From NCBI GenBank assembly GCA_041753055.1, contig JBGSVH010000021.1, forward strand, positions 42 to 64,041: DNA of 64,000 nucleotides. Direction: 5' to 3'. The position numbers were made by a program, and so were the translations under genes. The DNA comes from Parvularculaceae bacterium (GTDB lineage Bacteria; Pseudomonadota; Alphaproteobacteria; Caulobacterales; Parvularculaceae). The notes beneath the pieces were generated by a model. That model was given only the letters and a program-made list of their open reading frames with translations, searched no databases and was not told the DNA's origin. Below are positions 47,437 through 55,168 of this stretch, piece after piece. Position 1 is the stretch's first letter. Every line of letters begins with the position of its first letter.

Positions 47437-48384
47437 ATGCACCTGAAAATTGTACTCGCCTGCAGCGCGGCGCTGATCGCCATCACCGGTCCGGCTTTCG
47501 CCAAGCGCAAAGGCACAGATGACGGCGTCGATAATGAGCGCGGTTCAACCAAGAACGCCGAAATACCGATTTGCGACAAGAGCCTTGGGTCAGTCGCCCT
47601 GATCGACGGCGAAGGACAAGGATGGACCTATTACAATCTCGGCGCGCCATCGGTTCTGCTGAAAGCGTTTGTCAGCAAATCACATTGCTTCAAACTCGTC
47701 GATCGCGGGGCCGGCATGTCGGCGCTTGAGCGCGAACGTGCGCTGGCCGGCGGCGGTCAGCTGCAAAAGGGATCAAATATGGGCGGCGGGCAGGTCAAAG
47801 CCGCTGACTATGTTCTGGTTGCTGATATCGCCAACACCGATTCGAATGCGGGCGGCAGCGCTGTCGGCGGCGTCGCCGGCGCCGTTATTGGCGGCCGGGT
47901 CGGCGGCCTGCTTGGCGGGATCAAATCCAAGCGCGTCGAAGCGCAAACCGTCCTCACGCTTATGAATGTCAGGACATCCGAAATCGAAGCGACCGCGGAA
48001 GGGTCGGCGTCGAAAAAGGATATCGGCTTCATTGCAGGCGGCGGTTATGGCTTCGGCGGCGCTGTCGGCGGCGGTTATGAAGACACCGAAGTCGGTAAGG
48101 TCGTCACCTTCGCATTCCTCGATGCCTACCGACAAATCGTTACACAGCTCGGCGGGCTGCCGGATGTCGCCGCAGCCGCCGCGCCGCGTGAAACGTTCCA
48201 GGTCTCCGCGAAGGGCGTTGAAATGAAGCGGTCTCCCTCCAAATCTTCAAGTGCGGTCCGCTCGCTCGAAAAGGGTGATGTCGTTTATCCGACCGGCGCA
48301 AAGGAAGACATGTGGTGGGAGGTTGAAGACGAAAACGGCAATGTCGGCTGGATTGAAAATCCAGACTTGAAACCGGTCCAATAG
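47437..48384 (+). CDS. CsgG/HfaB-family exported protein with a glycine-zipper insert and C-terminal SH3b-like domain
   Basis: Signal peptide; SHCFKLVDRGAGM..LERERAL, QVKAADYVL, LMNVRTSE; C-term WWEVEDENGNVGWI. Confidence 0.75.
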   Translation: MHLKIVLACSAALIAITGPAFAKRKGTDDGVDNERGSTKNAEIPICDKSLGSVALIDGEGQGWTYYNLGAPSVLLKAFVSKSHCFKLVDRGAGMSALERERALAGGGQLQKGSNMGGGQVKAADYVLVADIANTDSNAGGSAVGGVAGAVIGGRVGGLLGGIKSKRVEAQTVLTLMNVRTSEIEATAEGSASKKDIGFIAGGGYGFGGAVGGGYEDTEVGKVVTFAFLDAYRQIVTQLGGLPDVAAAAAPRETFQVSAKGVEMKRSPSKSSSAVRSLEKGDVVYPTGAKEDMWWEVEDENGNVGWIENPDLKPVQ

Positions 48385-48691
48385 GGCCGATTTGCCAACT
48401 CCTCTTTTTGGGGAATTTTGTAGAGATGACCCCGCCCGCCTTTGCCACAGGCGGGCCGGTGCGCATTCGGAGTGACCTTTTCTCCACACTTCGGGCCGAT
48501 TTGCACCGCAATGACGCTGTGGGGAGCGTAAAAAGGTTAACCATCCCGATATATGACAGGCTAGCGGCGCGATTGCCGTCCCGGCTTGTCGCAACCTCGT
48601 CTCATTCCGCCGCTAGGGACTTGAGATTGGCTGGCGAAACGCTTCTCTCGGGAGAATAGCGCATAGTTGCGTCACGTAGTTGGAGGAAGAA

Positions 48692-50254
48692 ATGTTGAGA
48701 GCGAGCGTATCACTCCTCGCCATTCTGGCGGCCGGATGCGCCAGCGTCGATGAGAAGCTTCTCGACACCCAACTTCCGGACCCGCCCGCAAAATGGGCTG
48801 CGGCGGATGATGTCGCAGACCCTCCGGTTGGCGACTGGCTCGCGCCGTTCGGCGACGAGGCGCTTTACGGCCTCGTCAATGAGGCGATGGTTCACAACAA
48901 TAACCTCCTTGCCGCAGCAGCCAATCTCGATGCGGCGCGCGCCGGAGCAAAGATTACGCGCGCGAATTTATTGCCGACCTTGAACGCACAGGGCGGCGCC
49001 AGCCGCAACGCCATTGTCTCCGATCCTTCCCTTGCAGCCCAGGCGGGCGGCGCGCCGATATCGAGCGGCACTAGCGCCAAGGATCTTGAGGCGCAGTTTG
49101 GCGTCGATGCAGATAATGACGGCAAGCTTGACGGCCTCGACCTCAACGGCGACGGCATTGCCGAAAGCCCGCTGCCGAATCGACGGGTGTACATCAACAA
49201 TTACTCGCTAGGCGCCCAGATAAACTGGGAACTTGATCTTTGGGGCCGCCTTACCGACGAAACGCGCGCCGCTTACAAAGACGCGGGCGCAAGTCTCGCC
49301 GATTTTCAGGGTGCGCGGCTATCAATCGCCGGCGCCGTTTCGCAATCGTGGTTTGGCCTGATCGAAGCGCGTCAGCAACGCGAACTCGCGGAGCGTGATG
49401 TCACTGCGCGCGAAAGCAATTTGCGCGTCACTGAACGTCGTTATGAGCGCGGCGTCGCATCCAGCCTTGACGTGCGTTTGTCGCGATCAGCGCTCGGCAG
49501 CAGTCAGGCAAATCTCGCACTGCGCCAGCGGGCGGAAAAAGAGGCGGCGCGGCGTCTTGAGGTTCTGCTCGGACGCTATCCCGCAGCGGAACTGGCGGCC
49601 GCTGAATCGCTTCCTGAATTACCGGCGCTGGCAGGCGCCGGCGCACCGGGAGACATCCTGTCTCGCCGGCCCGATCTCATTGCCGCTGAAGCGCGCATGG
49701 AAGCCAATGGCCTAAGGGCGCGGGCCGCGCGGAAGGCGATTCTGCCTCGTCTAACGCTCTCATCGCAAATCGGCGCCGGCGGTCCCGATCTTTCTGATAT
49801 TTTCGACCCGGAGCGCCTCGCCGGGAATATTGCCGCCGGGCTTTTCCAGCCGCTGTTTCAAGGCGGCCGCATCCGCGCCAATGCTAAGCGCCAGCGCGCC
49901 GTTGCTGAAGCGTCGCTGCTTTCCTACGCACAGACCGCGCTGCAGGCATACGAAGAAGCGGAAAATGCAATTGCTGCTGAGACCTATCTCGCAGCAGGCG
50001 AAAGCGCGCTTAAGCTTGCCTACGAAGAAGCAGCGGCCGCGGAGGACTTGACCGAACGACGGTATTCAAGCGGCACGGCGACAATTTTCGATCTGCTGAA
50101 CGCCCAGACCCGGCGCATTTCGTCCGAAAGCGCCTATCTCCAGACGCAACGCCAGCGCGTCGCCAACCGGGTCGCGCTTTATCTCGCAATTGGCGGGGAT
50201 TTCGTCGGCGCGGAGTCCGACGCCATGGCAACAAGCGAACCAACCGGAGAGTAA
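48692..50254 (+). CDS. RND efflux outer-membrane factor lipoprotein (NodT/OprM family)
   Basis: GGAGG SD; lipobox LAAGC; WELDLWGRL, ILSRRPDLIAAE, RYSSG, RVALYLAIGG; unusual acidic insertion. Confidence 0.93.
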   Translation: MLRASVSLLAILAAGCASVDEKLLDTQLPDPPAKWAAADDVADPPVGDWLAPFGDEALYGLVNEAMVHNNNLLAAAANLDAARAGAKITRANLLPTLNAQGGASRNAIVSDPSLAAQAGGAPISSGTSAKDLEAQFGVDADNDGKLDGLDLNGDGIAESPLPNRRVYINNYSLGAQINWELDLWGRLTDETRAAYKDAGASLADFQGARLSIAGAVSQSWFGLIEARQQRELAERDVTARESNLRVTERRYERGVASSLDVRLSRSALGSSQANLALRQRAEKEAARRLEVLLGRYPAAELAAAESLPELPALAGAGAPGDILSRRPDLIAAEARMEANGLRARAARKAILPRLTLSSQIGAGGPDLSDIFDPERLAGNIAAGLFQPLFQGGRIRANAKRQRAVAEASLLSYAQTALQAYEEAENAIAAETYLAAGESALKLAYEEAAAAEDLTERRYSSGTATIFDLLNAQTRRISSESAYLQTQRQRVANRVALYLAIGGDFVGAESDAMATSEPTGE

Positions 50255-50261
50255 GAATTCC

Positions 50262-51506
50262 ATGCTCCGAAAGGTATTCACCATCGCCGGCACCATTGGC
50301 ATTTTTGTCGGCGGCTTCGCTTTGATTGGTGCGATGCAGGCGCTCCGCCCGAAAATCACGCCTGAAGAAATTACGCTTGCGCCGCCGGCGGTCTTCTTCA
50401 CCGTCGCTACCCCTCAGTCAGTCACGCTTGATGTGTTGGCGCAGGGTGAAGTGAAGCCGCGGACGGACATCAATCTGACAGCGGAAGTCGCGGGACGTAT
50501 TGTAAAGACCTCGGATGTGTTTGTCTTAGGCGGCGCATTCAACGAAGGAGATCTCCTGCTCAAAATACAGGATGTCGATTATCAGGTCGCTGTAACAGGA
50601 GCGAAGGCGCGGGTCGCGCAAGCCGAGGAATTGCTTCGCCGCGAAGAAGCCGAATCCGAACTCGCAAAAAAGGACTATGAAGCGCTCGGTCGCAGCGACG
50701 ATCCGAGCGCCCTCACCTTGCGAATGCCGCAACTCGCGCAGGCGCGCGCCGCCTATGCTGCCGCCAAGGCGGATTACAGCGCGGCCCTGCTCAATCTCGA
50801 GCGGACCGAGATCAAGGCGCCCTTCAAGGGGCGTGTCCGGGATCGCTCAGTTGGCGTCGGCCAGTTCATTTCACCGGGGGCGCCAATCGGACGGATTTTT
50901 TCGACCGATGTAGCGGAGATCCGGCTGCCGCTGGCGGACGCTGATCTCGCCAAGCTCGGACTCTCATTTGCCTTCATTGAAACGCCGGAGAACCCCGGCC
51001 CCAAGGCGATCCTTTCCGGAACCTTCGCCGGCGAGTTCCACCAATGGGAAGCGAGGATTGCGCGAACCGATGGCGCGATTGATCCCGCGACTCGGCAGAT
51101 TTCGGCAATTGCCGTCGTCGACGACCCTTACGGCGCCGGAGCGGACAATGGGACACCCTTGCCTATCGGGCTCTATGTTGACGCGCGCATTGAAGGCAAG
51201 CCGCTGGAGAATGCTGTCGTCCTGCCGCGCTCTGCACTTTATGGCCGCAACACCGTCTACGTAATCCTCGCCGATAATTCGCTTGAAGAACGCAAGGTCA
51301 ATGTCGTTTCCTCTGACAAGGATACGATCACACTGGCCGGCGGCGTTGCCGGCGAAGAACGTGTGGCGACATCGCCGTTACGCGGCGCAAAGGACGGCGA
51401 CAAGGTTTCGCCAACCAACCCGGACGCCTTGCCCGGCGCGCGCCGGAACGATGACGGCGAAAATGAAACCGTCGCTGAAGCCCAGCGCCAGGGGGCCGTT
51501 CAATGA
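50262..51506 (+). CDS. RND efflux periplasmic adaptor (MFP)
   Basis: N-terminal TM; AEVAGRIV, LERTEIKAPFKG, VGQFI, IDPATRQ, VLPRSAL. Confidence 0.93.
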   Translation: MLRKVFTIAGTIGIFVGGFALIGAMQALRPKITPEEITLAPPAVFFTVATPQSVTLDVLAQGEVKPRTDINLTAEVAGRIVKTSDVFVLGGAFNEGDLLLKIQDVDYQVAVTGAKARVAQAEELLRREEAESELAKKDYEALGRSDDPSALTLRMPQLAQARAAYAAAKADYSAALLNLERTEIKAPFKGRVRDRSVGVGQFISPGAPIGRIFSTDVAEIRLPLADADLAKLGLSFAFIETPENPGPKAILSGTFAGEFHQWEARIARTDGAIDPATRQISAIAVVDDPYGAGADNGTPLPIGLYVDARIEGKPLENAVVLPRSALYGRNTVYVILADNSLEERKVNVVSSDKDTITLAGGVAGEERVATSPLRGAKDGDKVSPTNPDALPGARRNDDGENETVAEAQRQGAVQ

Positions 51507-54500
51507 ATGGCATGATTGCCTGGTGGGCCCGCAATCCAATTGCGGCAAATCTTCTGCTGATTGCAATCATTGTCGCAGGGTTCTTCGGCTACTCGCGAAT
51601 CGAGCGTGAGGTTTTTCCATCTGCTGACTTTAATGGCGCAACGATCTCGGTCGCCTGGCCGGGCGCCTCTCCGCAGGAAATTGAAGAGCAGATCATTCTT
51701 CGTATTGAGGAGGCGATTTCCGATGTCGACGGCGTCAAGCATGTCGACGCGACCGCACAGGAAAATGTCGCCTCGATCAATATTGAGGGCATTGATACTG
51801 TCGACGCGACGCGTTTTCTGAACGAAATAAAGAACCGCGTCGACGGCATTTCGACGTTGCCGCGGGACTCGTTTCCGCCCGTTGTATCGCAATGGCGCAA
51901 CCAGAACGGCGCCGTCTATATGGCGCTTTACGGCGATCTTGACGAACGCGAGCTAACGCGGTTGGCGCGCGATCTTCGCGATGAGTTGTCTCAGCTGAAA
52001 GACGGGTCGCCGCTGGTCAATCTCTGGGGCGCGCGCAAAGAGGAGGTCTCAATCGAGGTCTCCGATCAATCGCTTCGCCGCTTCGGGCTGACATTCGACG
52101 ATGTCGCCGCGGCGGTGCGCGGTTCCTCACTCAATCTCGCCGCTGGTCAGGTTAGAACCGACACCGGCAACATTCAGGTTGCAGCGCGGGCGCTCGCGGA
52201 TTCCGAAGAAGAATTCGGAAACATCATTGTCCGGCAATTTTCCGACGGGTCGGTTGTCCGCGTTCGTGATATCGGAACCGTCGTAGACGGCTTTGAGGAT
52301 TCCAAGACAAAGCGCCAAATGAACGGCAAGCCGTCGATTTCCATTGCAGTCGAAGCGCCGGAAACCTTGAACATCGTCAAACTGTCAAAGGCGGTGCATG
52401 CATGGGTTGACGCGAAGAACAAGGAGCTTGGCGGCCGGGCGGAAGTCTATGTCTGGTTTGACACAGCCAGCATTTTTTTCAGCCGGATGGATCTGGTTGG
52501 CGGCAATGCCGTGCAGGGCCTCGTTCTGGTTCTGATCTGCCTCGTTCTGTTCCTGCGGCCTGCGGTCGCGTTCTGGTCCGCCATCGGCATTCCGATCGCG
52601 CTAGTTGGTGCGTTCATTTTCATGCCGGTCGTCGGCGTATCGCTGAACATACTCTCTCTGTTCGGATTTCTGCTTGTCGTCGGAATTGTCGTGGATGACG
52701 CCATCGTCGTCGGCGAGAGCATCCACTCAGAAGCAGAAGAAGGCCGCGGCGGCCTTGACGGCGCAATTATCGGCGCACAACTGGTCGCGAAGCCTGTTTT
52801 CTATGCGGTTTTGACAACTATTATTGCGTTCCTCCCCTGGCTTTTCGTCGGCGGCGGAACGGCGCAGTTCACCAAGCATATTTCCTACACTGTGATCTTC
52901 GCCCTCGCCTTTTCGCTGATTGAGGCATTCCTCATCCTTCCGTCGCACCTTTCTCATCTCAAGAAGGAAGACAAGACCGGCCATTATCACCATCTGCAAA
53001 GCCTCTTCGCAGATGGCCTGCTGAAATTCGCGCACAACAATGTGAAGCCGATGGTAAGGCTTGCACTGCGGCTGCGTTATTTCACCGCGGCGTTCTTCAT
53101 TGTCGCCTTCATGATTTCCTTTGCGCTCCTCCAGCAAGGATGGGTCGCATTCAAATTCATGCCGGAGGTGCAGGGCACATTCATTTCGCTTAATGTTCGC
53201 TTGCCGGAGGGCGCGCCATTTGCGCGTAGCCTGGAGATTTTTGACGACGTCGACCGCGCCGCCAATGAGATGAAAAAGGACCTTGGCAAGATTGATGATG
53301 AAGATTTTGTCCAATCCATTTACATTAGCGCGAACGAAGGATCGGTTATCTCCTATGTCAATATTATTGATGGACAGAAACGCAAACAGTCTACGAAGGA
53401 AATTGCAGATCTTCTTCGGTCAAAGCTCGGAGATATACCTGACGCTGAAGAAGTCAACGTTGGTTACACGATTAACAACAACGGTCCCGACTTTACCTTC
53501 GGTGTTGAGGCGGCCGACCTTGATGCGCTGCGCCTTGCAACCGTAGATATCCAGAATTATCTGCGCAGCCTCCCCGGCCTCTATGATGTCCGAAACAGCC
53601 TGCAGTCCGAAACGCCGGAATTGCAGATCTCCATGAAGCCCGGCGCGGAGCGCTTCGGCCTGACGCTTTCTGAAGTCTCGCGCCAAGTGCGGCAGGCCTA
53701 TTACGGCGAAGAGGCGCAAAGACTGCCGCGCGAAGGGCAAGATGTGCGTGTCATGGTCCGTTACCCGGCGGCGGACCGTACGTCAGTTACCTCGATCGAA
53801 ACCATGCGAATCCGCACTGTTGACGGGCGGGAAGTGCCGCTCGCTGAAGTTGCGGACGCAAAGTTTGCGCCGAGCTTCAAGCGCATTGACCGGCGCGATC
53901 GCAAACGGTCGGCGCAGGTTACCGCTGAAATGCCCGATGGTGTTGACCGCGCAGCAATCATGAAAATCTTCGACGAAGAGTTCACGCCAAAATGGCGGGA
54001 GCGCCATCCGGGGGTCAATCTCGCTCAGCGCGGCGATGCGGAAGGTCAAGCTGAGTTCCTTTCTGAAATCAGCGGCCTCTATCTGAGCGCGGTCATAGCA
54101 ATCTACATGCTCATCGCCATCGCCTTCGGGTCCTATTGGCAACCCTTGCTGGTCATGTCGGCGATCCCATTTGGCCTGATGGGCGCTGTTTTCGGCCATT
54201 TCTTCCTGGGCCTCGATTTCGCTCTCTTTTCATTCTTCGGCGTTGGCGCCGCATCCGGCGTGGTTATCAACGACAATCTGGTGCTCATCGACTACGTCAA
54301 TCGGTTGCGGGCCCAGGGAATGGGCGCCATCGCCGCGCTTACCAAGGCGAGCGTCGAGCGGTTTCGCCCAATCCTGCTGACTTCGATTACGACCTTCTTC
54401 GGCTTGATGCCGATTATGTTCGAGCGCTCGACGGACGCGCAGTTCCTGATGCCGACAGTAGTCGCCCTCTCATGGGGGGTTTTCTTCGCCCTCTTTGTCA

Positions 54501-54682
54501 CTGTATTTTTCGTACCCGCCATGTACGCGGTCGGCGCCGATATCGCCCGCTTTTACCGTTGGGCCTGGACCGGCGTGAAACAACCGCCGGTCGGATTTGG
54601 GAAATCGGCTGAGAGTGACTTTGGGGAAAGTCTCCCCAGCCCTCGAAAGGGGCCCCCGCCGGTGTTGAGACCGGCTGAATAG
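51503..54682 (+). CDS. RND efflux permease (AcrB/AcrD/AcrF family)
   Basis: NPIAANLL, GIVVDDAIVVGE, SLIEAFLILP, RFRPILLTSITTFFGLMP; 1059 aa; ATGA overlap with the MFP. Confidence 0.95.
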   Translation: MNGMIAWWARNPIAANLLLIAIIVAGFFGYSRIEREVFPSADFNGATISVAWPGASPQEIEEQIILRIEEAISDVDGVKHVDATAQENVASINIEGIDTVDATRFLNEIKNRVDGISTLPRDSFPPVVSQWRNQNGAVYMALYGDLDERELTRLARDLRDELSQLKDGSPLVNLWGARKEEVSIEVSDQSLRRFGLTFDDVAAAVRGSSLNLAAGQVRTDTGNIQVAARALADSEEEFGNIIVRQFSDGSVVRVRDIGTVVDGFEDSKTKRQMNGKPSISIAVEAPETLNIVKLSKAVHAWVDAKNKELGGRAEVYVWFDTASIFFSRMDLVGGNAVQGLVLVLICLVLFLRPAVAFWSAIGIPIALVGAFIFMPVVGVSLNILSLFGFLLVVGIVVDDAIVVGESIHSEAEEGRGGLDGAIIGAQLVAKPVFYAVLTTIIAFLPWLFVGGGTAQFTKHISYTVIFALAFSLIEAFLILPSHLSHLKKEDKTGHYHHLQSLFADGLLKFAHNNVKPMVRLALRLRYFTAAFFIVAFMISFALLQQGWVAFKFMPEVQGTFISLNVRLPEGAPFARSLEIFDDVDRAANEMKKDLGKIDDEDFVQSIYISANEGSVISYVNIIDGQKRKQSTKEIADLLRSKLGDIPDAEEVNVGYTINNNGPDFTFGVEAADLDALRLATVDIQNYLRSLPGLYDVRNSLQSETPELQISMKPGAERFGLTLSEVSRQVRQAYYGEEAQRLPREGQDVRVMVRYPAADRTSVTSIETMRIRTVDGREVPLAEVADAKFAPSFKRIDRRDRKRSAQVTAEMPDGVDRAAIMKIFDEEFTPKWRERHPGVNLAQRGDAEGQAEFLSEISGLYLSAVIAIYMLIAIAFGSYWQPLLVMSAIPFGLMGAVFGHFFLGLDFALFSFFGVGAASGVVINDNLVLIDYVNRLRAQGMGAIAALTKASVERFRPILLTSITTFFGLMPIMFERSTDAQFLMPTVVALSWGVFFALFVTVFFVPAMYAVGADIARFYRWAWTGVKQPPVGFGKSAESDFGESLPSPRKGPPPVLRPAE

Positions 54683-54707
54683 AAGCGGTCGAATTTGCGA
54701 TTACCCG

Positions 54708-54722
54708 TTAACCTTGCATTAA
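54708..54722. promoter_or_regulatory. Perfect CtrA consensus box
   Basis: TTAA-CCTTGCA-TTAA; reads TTAA-N7-TTAAC on the minus strand. Confidence 0.65.
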
Positions 54723-54925
54723 TAATTGAGGCGCATCCTCACAATTGTCTTCTCCCGAGAAGATACCCCACCATACCCCACGATAGTGAGTACCGGCCGC
54801 GTTTCCCCAAGACGCGGCCGTCTCGCTATTTGGCGGCGCCAAAAGTGGCGGACTGGCGATTCGCAGCGAAATTTCGTGTAGATTCGCCGGTAAGGCTTTG
54901 CTATAGGGCGAGCCCTTGAGGCTAT

Positions 54926-55001
54926 TCCCCGATAGCTCAGTTGGTAGAGCATTCGACTGTTAATCGAATGGTCGCTGGTTCGAGTCCAGCTCGGGGAGCC
55001 A
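54926..55001 (+). tRNA. tRNA-Asn(GTT)
   Basis: TCCCCGA/TCGGGGA acceptor stem, D-loop AGTTGGTA, anticodon loop CTGTTAA, GGTTCGAGTCC, encoded CCA; 76 nt. Confidence 0.97.
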
Positions 55002-55168
55002 CTCAAACCGCCTCAACTTGATTGAAATCACCGTCGCGGCGTGATTACCGTCAACCGCTCGGCGCCCGGTTGCATTGGTATCGCCTGCTCCGCTGGCCGT
55101 GACATTGGCGGCTTGTTAACCACGAATTGCTAAATTCTCCGTCATTCGCAGCTGCAGGATGACAGTCA

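Noticed and set aside
47330-47437. tRNA-Cys and tRNA-Asn as integration sites of a genomic island
   Set aside because: No integrase next to either tRNA, no duplicated tRNA 3' end in the window, and no visible composition shift.
48384-48504. 12-bp direct repeat GGGCCGATTTGC as att sites or a target duplication
   Set aside because: It encloses only about 100 bp with no recombinase nearby. Kept only as part of the structured-region finding.
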